From positions 96,001-160,000 of IMG/VR virus record IMGVR_UViG_3300020577_002562: a DNA stretch of 64,000 nucleotides; one strand, 5' to 3'. A program made the position numbers and the translations under genes. Source of the DNA: a virus. Its lineage: Duplodnaviria > Caudoviricetes. Within the stretch, counting starts at the first letter, position 1. Each line of letters begins with the position of its first letter. Below are positions 35,105 to 44,500 of this stretch, one piece after another. The notes beneath the pieces are model-generated. The model worked only from the letters and a program-made list of their open reading frames with translations, had not been told where the DNA came from and did not search any database.

Positions 35105-35634
35105 GCGGAGTGTTCTCTTTTTGTGACTATCTCAAGAGCGTTTAGACTATTTTTGATTGCCCAAGAAGCTTTGTCGAGGTCTTCCACCACCAAGTTGACC
35201 ATCTCAAGCAGAGAGTCTAGGTGATCTACACTTTCTTGAGCCCGCTGTGTCAGCAAATTGATCAGTGCTCGCTGACCGGTCTTGGTACGAACGCCCATAT
35301 TCGATAGCTGGGACTGGTACTCGGATTCGATGTATCGTTGAATGCCGAACAGTACAGAGGCCAAGTAGTTCCTGTTGCGTGTGATCAGCAGTATGATTTC
35401 AATGCACCGGCTGCGATAGGACTGGTCTTGAAGCCCAGCCTCTGACAATTTGCGAGCACCGGATTTGCTGGACAAGAGGCGCACACCCCGAGCCTTGTGC
35501 AGCTTGATCACCTCTTCCAGCCAAGTCTCGAACTGAGGGTCCACTGCACGCTTGGCTACTACTCTGAATGCCTTGTACCGTGTGTCTTGTCTTAACAGCT
35601 TACGCAGCTTGAGCAAGGAGCTAGTTGGCGCCAT
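35101..35634 (-). CDS. Helical hypothetical protein (UvsY-like candidate)
   Basis: 177-aa coiled-coil pattern in the replication block; function is a guess. Confidence 0.5.
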   Translation of the reverse strand: MAPTSSLLKLRKLLRQDTRYKAFRVVAKRAVDPQFETWLEEVIKLHKARGVRLLSSKSGARKLSEAGLQDQSYRSRCIEIILLITRNRNYLASVLFGIQRYIESEYQSQLSNMGVRTKTGQRALINLLTQRAQESVDHLDSLLEMVNLVVEDLDKASWAIKNSLNALEIVTKREHSA

Positions 35635-35636
35635 CT

Positions 35637-36137
35637 TTACGTTTCCAGGTAGTCAGAGGTTTCATCTTGGGTTATTGCCTTCGACACCAAGACACCAAGG
35701 TCTTCCACCGAGTAGATTAGAAGGCCACCGACCCTGTACTTACATTCGCTACCGATCTGCTCCAATGCACTACTGATAGCGTCCATGTTTCTTCGGCACG
35801 CTATCAGATACTCAGGCTCTATCACCACTTGAAGTGGCGTGCGAAACATAAACCCTAGTCGAATGCCATTCGCCACGCTATGCCTAACATCATACACTTG
35901 AACTGCCGGCAAGTTCATCGCGTTTGGCACCAACAGCACAGGCTCTTTGCCTGGAATCCATCTGTTCAACCACAGATAGCAATGTAGCATCTGCTCCACC
36001 CGATGGAACTGATGAAGTTTCGCGCTGTAGATGGTGCAGGTCAAACGGTGATCCAACCCAGACCAGTCCACAGAACGCAACGGTACTTCCGTTGCGTCGA
36101 ACAGGAGTTTACTGTCAGTTGGAGTAGAGGAAGCCAT
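35637..36137 (-). CDS. Hypothetical protein
   Basis: 166-aa ORF in operon. Confidence 0.55.
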   Translation of the reverse strand: MASSTPTDSKLLFDATEVPLRSVDWSGLDHRLTCTIYSAKLHQFHRVEQMLHCYLWLNRWIPGKEPVLLVPNAMNLPAVQVYDVRHSVANGIRLGFMFRTPLQVVIEPEYLIACRRNMDAISSALEQIGSECKYRVGGLLIYSVEDLGVLVSKAITQDETSDYLET

Positions 36138-37149
36138 AGTGATAGTCGATGTCCTCGTCCGTGATACGTAGCCAGCAGATGTTCTCCGTGAACATCAGTT
36201 GAGCTTTCTTGCCTTTCATGTTCTGCAACGTGTCATACGCCAGCATTGGGTTGATCTTGGTCTTGAACATCATCGTCTTGGTTGCTGAGCACACGGCACT
36301 ATATTTGCCAAACTCATTACTGGCCTTCAAGCTGATGCCGTCGTCAGTTACGGCCAAGTCAAGCCCTCCCGCTTTGTCGAACAGGTGGAAGCTTTGGTAT
36401 AGCAAGGCCAGCAGTTCATCAATGTTGACAGTAGCCAACCCAATCGGCTTTGTCTTCTGTAGCGCAAGCTCCAACGGCACGTCGATAGCTACTTGCGGTG
36501 GGGCCAGCGCAGGAGACTGATACTCCAGCATGTCCGATCTGATTTGCGTGCCAGAGTCCTGAATGTTCAACTCAATGGCAGACTCGGACCAGGATGATAC
36601 TTGTGCCAGCAGATAGCTGCTGATCTGAGTGCTCATCCGCGCCTTGATAGGCTTTGTTACGGCCAACGCCATGTGATACATATCGTAGCGGCCTACTACC
36701 AAATGACTCTTGGTACTGTGTATGTGGAGCATAGGCTCGACGCCTACACCGTATACGTCAGACAGCATAGTCTTGCGACCCATCTCTAGCACTCGTTTTT
36801 GCTCCTTAGCAGTCATCTTGTCTCCGCCCTCCATCTTGAACTTGACGGAAGGGTCGTAATCAACTGCATTCAGAGTGGCTTTAGCTCGGGCCGATTGCAC
36901 CAGCAAAGTCTTCGTTGTCGGGGTCAACTCTACGTCGCCCGCCGACAACAACGGAATTAGAGTTTCCATCCCTATCCAACACGTCTTGCTTTCTCCTGTG
37001 GCAGATGCCCCAGGCACCAAAAACTTAGCATACGTGCCTTCCATCTCAGCACGGATCGATCCATCATTCTTGATGCCGATTATGGTTGCACCCGTCAATC
37101 CACTGACCGTGTTGATGGTCTGTTTCAGGTCTTTTGCTTTGGCTTTCAT
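36115..37149 (-). CDS. Putative DNA sliding clamp (beta-clamp-like)
   Basis: 344 aa; KDLKQTINTV start, VNIDELLALL and INPMLAYDTL clamp-like patterns; near the polymerase. Confidence 0.55.
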   Translation of the reverse strand: MKAKAKDLKQTINTVSGLTGATIIGIKNDGSIRAEMEGTYAKFLVPGASATGESKTCWIGMETLIPLLSAGDVELTPTTKTLLVQSARAKATLNAVDYDPSVKFKMEGGDKMTAKEQKRVLEMGRKTMLSDVYGVGVEPMLHIHSTKSHLVVGRYDMYHMALAVTKPIKARMSTQISSYLLAQVSSWSESAIELNIQDSGTQIRSDMLEYQSPALAPPQVAIDVPLELALQKTKPIGLATVNIDELLALLYQSFHLFDKAGGLDLAVTDDGISLKASNEFGKYSAVCSATKTMMFKTKINPMLAYDTLQNMKGKKAQLMFTENICWLRITDEDIDYHYGFLYSN

Positions 37150-37172
37150 TCTGTTCTACCAATCACTTGGCT

Positions 37173-37180
37173 TACTTTAC
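37173..37180 (-). promoter_or_regulatory. GTAAAGTA motif
   Basis: Intergenic, 23 nt upstream of the clamp ATG. Confidence 0.45.
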
Positions 37181-37187
37181 ACATCAG

Positions 37188-37973
37188 TCAACCGCCCGCA
37201 ATCACCGAGTTGCGAATACGATTGCTGATGTACTGCATTACGTACATGTACTTGTCAGGTCCAGGGCCGTAGTTCTTGATGTACTTGTGAAACTTGTGTA
37301 CTAGATGAAGGGGCTGCAAAGCAACCACCATGCTCGGCGGCAATTCGATAGGAACAGTCAGCAGGTGGTTCTTCTCTTCACTGTCAAACACAGGCTCAAA
37401 CAGGTTGTCCAGCGTGGACCACACAATCATGTAGTTGCCTTGTACGTACACCAACCACATATTGATGCGCTTCAAATGCGACGACAAGATGAAAGACGTG
37501 CTGCCTGGAGCCGGCCCAGCGTACACCATGCTCACACTTCTAGGGATCGGAGGCAACTGTGAAAACACCCGAGCAGCCACGCGTTTGCCGTAGTTTGAGG
37601 TATCTTCTCCCCACGGCTCCTGATTCAGTTGCAACAGATTGGTGGTGCAGATGCGAGCACACGACTCATCATTGGTGGAGGACCATACCGTGATACTGCT
37701 GTTCCGTTGCGGAATCAGTGTATGCAACGGTGCAGTGCCCCAGGCAGTATAAGCATATGACTCGAAGCGAAAATCGCTAACCATCTTGAATAGCATCTCA
37801 GAGACAGCAGTGTCACCTGAAATCTCGAACATCGAGTGCTGCGTGTGCTTGACGTTCCCGATCGTGAAGGCTGCGGTATCTTGTCTTACGATATAGCGCC
37901 ACAACCAATCCACACGGTCGTTGCCCTCTTTGTTGGTCGAACCGCGCAGAATGAATGCTCCCGTGAAATTCAT
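37188..37973 (-). CDS. Hypothetical protein, possibly degenerate Ntn-hydrolase/GATase-II fold
   Basis: 261 aa; weak pattern only, lacks the N-terminal Cys. Confidence 0.45.
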   Translation of the reverse strand: MNFTGAFILRGSTNKEGNDRVDWLWRYIVRQDTAAFTIGNVKHTQHSMFEISGDTAVSEMLFKMVSDFRFESYAYTAWGTAPLHTLIPQRNSSITVWSSTNDESCARICTTNLLQLNQEPWGEDTSNYGKRVAARVFSQLPPIPRSVSMVYAGPAPGSTSFILSSHLKRINMWLVYVQGNYMIVWSTLDNLFEPVFDSEEKNHLLTVPIELPPSMVVALQPLHLVHKFHKYIKNYGPGPDKYMYVMQYISNRIRNSVIAGG

Positions 37974-40900
37974 GATGTTACCTTCGGCATGATAGGGTAG
38001 TGTTTGTCCAAGTAGCTTTTCATACTTGGGGTCTGAGAGTACACACGCTTGTAACAGGCTTCAACTTCTACAGCCGGTAGCCGCTTCGCTTGCTCCTCTA
38101 ATGCGGAGCGCACAATCTTCTTCATCGAGGAGTCTGACCAATCCCACTTGATCAGAGTAGAGCTATCAGATCCAAGCTCAAATTCTACCTCGAGCGGTGT
38201 AGTGAACTTGACCCCAAAGTGCTCGGCGTAATACTCCATGCAACCAATGGTCGCGCACCATTGCAGAATCTGGATAGCCGACAGATACAGTTCATACGGG
38301 CTGTCCGCTTCCAGAGCATCATGCACCATCAGTTCGATGTTGCCAAGGTCTACGCTACCATCTTCAAGCTCCCACTTCATCGGCACATGCTTGAAGCCAA
38401 ACTTCTTGCAGAAGCGTTCCAGGTGGTAGCCAAACAAGTAGGCCGCGGTGTGCCCGATGTCACTGGCTACGCTTTGGATCGGGGAGTTTGCGCCGCGACG
38501 CTCCACGGCAGACTCGAACTGTTCTATGCCGAACAGGTGAGCATACATATGACGCCGACGACCGATCAACGACACTACAAAGTTGTGGAGCAGAGGCATC
38601 TTCTTCGCAGCTTCCAACCATGAGCTTGCTCTGGGGAATCGCTTGAAGAACTGCTTGAGCAGCTTCTCGATGAACTCCTTGGTCTTGTTCACTTGACCGG
38701 CGATTGAACGAGCACTACGTCCATAGATTGCACCGAAGACGATACTCTTCACCGCGTCCCGATATGCAGCAATGTTGGAGGGCAGCCCTAGCTTATTCTT
38801 TATCTTGTCCATCACGGGCTTGATCTTGTCCATCGAGATGGAAAAGAAGAAGCTCACATTCTGAACGTGAACGTCGCCTTCCGTCAGCATACGTTCCAGA
38901 TACTTCGGGTCTTCAGTCTTGCGAAACTTGCGGCGAAGCTCTCGACCAAAGTCAAACAGCTTCGACAGGATGGTGTCTTGTGATGTGATGGCCCACATTC
39001 GCACTTCGTGGGCGTTGTAGTCAACCTTGATCTTCAATCGGCCAAAGACGGTGGCGAAGGTTCGCTTCATGGTCTTGGCAAACTTGCCGCGACTCGGCAG
39101 ATTCTGGAAGTTGGGCTCGTATGAGTTGCTTCGACCTGAGACTACATCAACAAAACCAAATGAAGGGAATAGCCGCTGCGTGGCTTTGAAGTCCGGGTTG
39201 GTTCGGAAGTTGAACAACCACGGCTTGACGTAGGTAGACAGAAGCTTGTCTACCTCACTAATGCTAGTGTAGTGCTTGACCTCTTCTACATCAGCATAGT
39301 GTTTGCAAAATGCCTTGTCTATGGAGGGGCCACTCTTACCGAATGTCAACGGTTCGAGCTTCAACACGTCGAAGAACAACATCGCCTTGTGCTCTGGCTT
39401 GTTGATCTTGAACATCCACGCATTGTACTGTGACCCGTACATTGACGTGGCAGGAGCTCCGGTCAACTTGACCAGACGTTCATTGGCTTTACGTACAGCC
39501 TTTGTCTTGTATAGGGTTGAGCGTGTTTCATTGACTATGCTCTGCAACGGTCCATTGTTCCGACGCAGGTAGTGCAACCACTCCAAGTCAACCGCCACGC
39601 CACGGCCTTCCATCGTGGCGTGTACGTTGATCATGTTGTTGAGTTGCGTCACCATCAACCGCTGATAGTCCTTACGGTAGGACATATCGAGCACACGGCT
39701 GGTCCAGCTACGAGTATGTCGGGTATGCTTGGCTCTTAACTGCTGTTGCTCATGTATGGCGAACGGAGCCTGGACATCCATTGCGGCATAATTGAGCACC
39801 TTCTTGGTCAACTTGACCGATCCGATGGTAGCACGTTCCGCCTTAGAGAATTCGGCCCTACGATACCAGTCGCATCCATAGTTGACACACACCTGCATCA
39901 AACCGTACTGTGGCGTGCCGTACTTCTTGAGCGTCTTGACGTTTTCGTCAAGCAGAAACTCCCCCGCCATCAAATCCCAGACTCGACGCTTAAACAGGAA
40001 GAGCTTCAGATTCAAGCGCGACACGATCATGTCGAACTTGATGTTGTGTCCTATCGCATACTCGTCATACTCTGTGTCCATTGGATCTGGACCAGAATCA
40101 AACAGTTCATACAAGTCCTGCTCGATACTAGCTAGATCGCTTCTGGAGAACTTGCTGTCTTTGTGGTATAGAGGGACAACATAGCCACGCTTAGAGTCGA
40201 ACGCGAACTGAAGTAACAGCAGTCTGTTGTCAACTGCACGGTTGAGGTTATCTGTCTCAGTATCGAACGCCCACACTTTACGTCGCATCAATGCTGAGTG
40301 TAGCTTGCGCCACTTGCGCATTGTGTCGATCAGCACTGGTCTTGGCTTGACCTCAATCTTGTAAAGCAGGTCTCCGTGCAATGCCGATGCTACGTTACGT
40401 GATTGATACCCCAACAGATTGGCGTGATCTAGTGCCGCGTCATCTACATCGCCTTCGCCACCATCATCTAGTTGCTTCTTCGAGTACGCCTTGTGAAGCG
40501 ACACTGTGCTGAACCACAGCATCTTGGTCTTTGGATGCTTGTGGGGCCAACCACGATACACTTCAGGGTCTTCTATCCACGGGAGTAATGCTCGTGCAGC
40601 GTTGTCGCCAATCACCAGCACCTTGTGCGGCTTTGCTTTCTCTATGAATGCGTTGACCCGTTCAGCCGCCGCTGTGTCGCATAGATCTTGCGTTTCGCGA
40701 GATAGATCGTAGGTCTTGACAAAGTTGAAGTTTATGAAGGCAAATGCTGGTACCGTCAGTTCGTGGCCCGCGTTTCTGACTTGATCCACAGCCATCTTGT
40801 AGGCATTGGAAAAGCTAGTGCTGAACGGACCCGACAAAAGTCGTCCACTCTCAAGATCCTGAGTGTCTACGTGCTCAATGACTACCAAAATGCGGTGCTT

Positions 40901-41017
40901 GCTGATCTTCCAGCTAGGATCGACCGCAATGGATAGGTTGTATGGTTCTCGCTCTTTCAGTTCGGGAACTCGCAGCAAAGAGCGCGGCAAGTCCGATTGA
41001 AACTTCATGTAGCGCAT
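37970..41017 (-). CDS. polA: Family A DNA polymerase with N-terminal UDG-like and 3'-5' exonuclease domains
   Basis: Exo motifs AFDTET, GHNIKFD, YAAMD; PNFQNLP; motifs A (DYNAHEVR), B (RDAVKSIVFGAIYG), C (VHD). Confidence 0.92.
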   Translation of the reverse strand: MRYMKFQSDLPRSLLRVPELKEREPYNLSIAVDPSWKISKHRILVVIEHVDTQDLESGRLLSGPFSTSFSNAYKMAVDQVRNAGHELTVPAFAFINFNFVKTYDLSRETQDLCDTAAAERVNAFIEKAKPHKVLVIGDNAARALLPWIEDPEVYRGWPHKHPKTKMLWFSTVSLHKAYSKKQLDDGGEGDVDDAALDHANLLGYQSRNVASALHGDLLYKIEVKPRPVLIDTMRKWRKLHSALMRRKVWAFDTETDNLNRAVDNRLLLLQFAFDSKRGYVVPLYHKDSKFSRSDLASIEQDLYELFDSGPDPMDTEYDEYAIGHNIKFDMIVSRLNLKLFLFKRRVWDLMAGEFLLDENVKTLKKYGTPQYGLMQVCVNYGCDWYRRAEFSKAERATIGSVKLTKKVLNYAAMDVQAPFAIHEQQQLRAKHTRHTRSWTSRVLDMSYRKDYQRLMVTQLNNMINVHATMEGRGVAVDLEWLHYLRRNNGPLQSIVNETRSTLYKTKAVRKANERLVKLTGAPATSMYGSQYNAWMFKINKPEHKAMLFFDVLKLEPLTFGKSGPSIDKAFCKHYADVEEVKHYTSISEVDKLLSTYVKPWLFNFRTNPDFKATQRLFPSFGFVDVVSGRSNSYEPNFQNLPSRGKFAKTMKRTFATVFGRLKIKVDYNAHEVRMWAITSQDTILSKLFDFGRELRRKFRKTEDPKYLERMLTEGDVHVQNVSFFFSISMDKIKPVMDKIKNKLGLPSNIAAYRDAVKSIVFGAIYGRSARSIAGQVNKTKEFIEKLLKQFFKRFPRASSWLEAAKKMPLLHNFVVSLIGRRRHMYAHLFGIEQFESAVERRGANSPIQSVASDIGHTAAYLFGYHLERFCKKFGFKHVPMKWELEDGSVDLGNIELMVHDALEADSPYELYLSAIQILQWCATIGCMEYYAEHFGVKFTTPLEVEFELGSDSSTLIKWDWSDSSMKKIVRSALEEQAKRLPAVEVEACYKRVYSQTPSMKSYLDKHYPIMPKVTS

Positions 41018-41034
41018 TATTGAGAGACAAAGAG

Positions 41035-41066
41035 TAAGGGCCGATGAGTTACCCCATCGGCCCTTA
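41035..41066 (-). terminator. 12-bp stem hairpin just upstream of polA (terminator or operator)
   Basis: TAAGGGCCGATG / CATCGGCCCTTA arms with 8-nt loop, followed by CTCTTTG on the minus strand. Confidence 0.6.
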
Positions 41067-41097
41067 GCTCTTGATACCTTGATGGTGGTGGATTGGC

Positions 41098-41105
41098 TAC
41101 TTTAC
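41098..41105 (-). promoter_or_regulatory. GTAAAGTA motif
   Basis: Intergenic, 80 nt upstream of polA; extended TGTAAAGTA(A)GCCAA shared with the 37173 site. Confidence 0.45.
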
Positions 41106-41139
41106 AGTCCGTATGTGACGCGGACTTGCATTTGCAACA

Positions 41140-41559
41140 TCACGGAGCAGGCGTGTCTACCGGTTCTTCTTGCGGCTGCTGTGGTTGCACTTGGTCTTCT
41201 ACTACAGGAGCATCTGGCACGACCGGCGTATCAACAGGGTCGACTGCTACAACTGGTTCCACAGGTGCTTCCGGTGCTTCAGGTGCTGCCGGTGCTTCAG
41301 GTGCTGCCGATGCTTCAGGTGCTGCAGGAGCTTCCGCAGCGAATAGCGCTTGCAGTTCATCCGGCAATCCTTGCATGTAGATAGGCTGCTGACAGTCGAG
41401 TGCAGTAGATCGGCCGGCGCGACGGCAGCAATCTTCGTATGCCGATTGCAGATACTGATCGTAGCCACCTTCTTCAGAAGCATACAGCACGCCCTTGTTG
41501 AAGAAATAGCTGCGAATCGTTTGCCAGTGCTCGGGTGTCAGGTGTACGTATCCAGTCAT
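41140..41559 (-). CDS. Hypothetical protein with acidic A/P/E low-complexity tail
   Basis: APEAxA repeats encoded by ~18-bp tandem repeats at about 41265-41330. Confidence 0.6.
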   Translation of the reverse strand: MTGYVHLTPEHWQTIRSYFFNKGVLYASEEGGYDQYLQSAYEDCCRRAGRSTALDCQQPIYMQGLPDELQALFAAEAPAAPEASAAPEAPAAPEAPEAPVEPVVAVDPVDTPVVPDAPVVEDQVQPQQPQEEPVDTPAP

Positions 41560-41566
41560 TTGAGTC

Positions 41567-44500
41567 TCACTTTCCTATGGTTCGGAGTTCATCGATGCGC
41601 TTCGAGGTCTTCAGCGCGTTAGTGATGGTATAGCTCTTAGTCAGTTCAACAAGTTTCCTCTTTGCGTCTTGGCGGTTGGCACAGAACAGGAACATCTCAT
41701 GCTCGGCTTCTTCCCATGCAATGCCGGGTACGATGATGCGACGAATGGCAGACCAAGATTGCTTGTGCGCCGTCTGATCAATGCACAAGTACACATCACC
41801 GTTGTCCACCATCACATATGGCCTAGCCTCCTTTGCGCCTACTGGCTTGATGGCGGCTCGCAGAAAGTCCTTCAACACCGTCGGTGTCAGCACCTTCATA
41901 AAATTGTCCAGATCCTTGGCACGCTTCCAAAGCTCCAGAGTCTCTTGTAGCCGTTTCAGATGCGCCTCGTTGATTTCCAACTTGGCTTGTGCCAAATCAA
42001 GCCACTTAGCAAGATGACGCCAGGTCTTCAGTTCTGTGTAGTAGTACGGACGGTTCGGGACGAAGCCTAGTCTCCTCAACTCTGTCACTGGTACGTCCGG
42101 ATCTTCTGCGTCTACGCCCAGAGCAATCCACTCGTTGTAGTTGATGGCGAACACGCTGAACTGCTGGTTCACCGTCTTGTCAACGTTTGGCACCGGCTTG
42201 TTTGGAATGACCTTTGGAAGTTCCTTCTTACTACGACCTGGGTCCACAGCGCGAGTCGAATCTGCACCAGCAATGCGTGCCATTGTCTCGCGCACGTTCA
42301 CTGTCTTACGTTGAACCACGAACGCAGTGTCCTTGTTGTATGCTTGCACCTTTCCATTGATGCGAACACGTACACTGCGGTCACTCATACCAGTGCATTC
42401 ACCCTCGCCATCTTCGGTGTGAATGATTAAGCCAGTTGGATCGAACTCCTTCTTACGCCTGTTCTCACTCTCGTAGGTCGTGAACTTGACCAGGCCAAGC
42501 TCTTCCATGCCATATAGATCGATGCCGGGAATGTACGGCACCTTCTTCAACATGGCACTGCCAGGCAACACACCGCCGTCCTCAAGCTTATACGGTTTGG
42601 AGAACCGCGTCTTGTCTTTCAGGAAGTCTTCATACGCTTCTTCTTCCAAGTTACGATACTGTTGGTACGTATCGATGTAGTTTGCAAGACTATTCTCCCC
42701 ACCGTCAGTAAAGGAGTTCGACGCCGAAATGTTGGTCAATGACATTGACACCGGAGGGAGAGAAGGAAGATTCTGGAAGCGCGGGTCTTCCGATTCATAC
42801 CACTTCAAGGTCTCTACGAGTTTCGCAACCATGCGACTCGTCTTGGTAACGTCAATCGAGTTGTTGACGATCACCATGTCAATGAAGATTTCCTTGCGGA
42901 ACTCGCTTGCCACATTTGGTCGAAGCACACGAGCTTCGCCTTGCTCCATAGCACCCCAGTTCCACACGGCTTGGATTCGGATGAGCCGCGAACAGAACTG
43001 TAGGTTACGCCCGGTGTTCAACGAATCTTCAACGCCGACCAGTGCCCAGATCTCCGGGTTCTTCTCGAACTCGTCAAGATACTGGTCCTTGGTCATCTCA
43101 CCACCGCTTGCACGGTACAGCAATATGTGCTTCTTCAACTCAGGTGGAGCATACTTGTAGACTGCGTTGGCACCGATATGGTTTTTGGCGAAGATCAGTA
43201 CCTTACCAGGGTATTGTTTGATCTGTGCTTGGTGCTTGGTGATCAGTTCGTGAACCTTCTTGATCTTGGGACTGATGGCTTTCCGCTCATCAGTGATGGC
43301 AAACCCCGCTTCATCTGCCATCGGATCACATAGGAATTCTTCCAGACGGGCGATGTGGATAGATCCGTCGAGGAAATTCTCCAACTCGTCTTCTTCATCT
43401 TCCGTCATCTTACCCGTCTCAAGCGCCTTCTTGAGTTTGGGATTCTTCTCGGCGATTTCTTCTCGGATAGCCTCGATCTGTTCTTCAACCAAGCGGTTAT
43501 AAATGATCTGAACATCCTGGTCCATCGGTACAACGAAATACTCGTCTGTGACCTTCGGCAACAGTGCTTTCCACTCACGACGCTTGATCGTGATGACGTT
43601 GGAGTGTTGCTCTTGTCTGCGACGAATGGCACGACCAGCATTCGGAATCCAAGCTCCACGGCCCTTGTTGGGATCTTTGAACTCCTCATTGAATCGCTTG
43701 AGGTCACCAAACACAGTGGGCTCGATTTGAGCGAACAACGCCACCACGTCTTCGTTAGTGTCTGGCAAGTATGTGCCCGACATTTGGCGAATGACTTTGA
43801 TGGTACTAGCTAGTTGCATAGCCATGCGGGTACGGACGGAGTACACATTCTTCAGCTTGTGCACTTCATCTACCCACAAACCATCCCACTCGAACTCGCG
43901 TAGAAACTCCAGGTTGTTGCTGGTGGTAACACGCGATGTTCCGTAACCATAGTCTTCTGACCTACCACTGAGAAACTCGAAGCCTGTGATGCAGATGGTG
44001 TTTGGTGGTGCAGACTGAATCAACTCACGCAGCTTGTCATAGCCCCAGCTATTGACTGTGACAGTCGAGATGGCGATGATGTTGACTCGACCCCCAAATA
44101 CCTTGTTCGCATCGATAAAGTAGTTCTTCATCAAGTCCGCGGGACACATGATGAGCGGACGCTTAACTCTACCGACCTTCATGTTCAGGGCAATATCTAT
44201 CAGGGCAACAATGGTTTTACCACCACCAGCCTGAACATCGATCACTGCAGCAGGTGGGAGATTCTTAAGCCACGAGAATATCTTGCCCTGATGAGCGAGA
44301 AGTGTTGCGTTCTTTACGAACGGCACCTTCGGCATCGTGAAAGTTTCAGCCGTTTCCAACTGTGGATTGACATAAACGGCACGTAGCTTCTCGTCTTGTG
44401 CTCGAATCTCGGCCTTCTTTGGGGCGTACTTGGAAATGACAACGCAGATGGCGATAGCCAGAGTAGCTCCGTGAACACCACAGGCTTCACAGATGTCGCT

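Noticed and set aside
33750-35634. Possible third fractured gene around the endonuclease at 34265
   Set aside because: The upstream gene ends LEIVTKREHSA with no intein block A/B, and the downstream gene has no HN/C IntC; it looks like a plain intergenic insertion.
41265-41330. 18-bp tandem repeat as a regulatory element
   Set aside because: It encodes the APEAxA low-complexity linker of the 139-aa protein.
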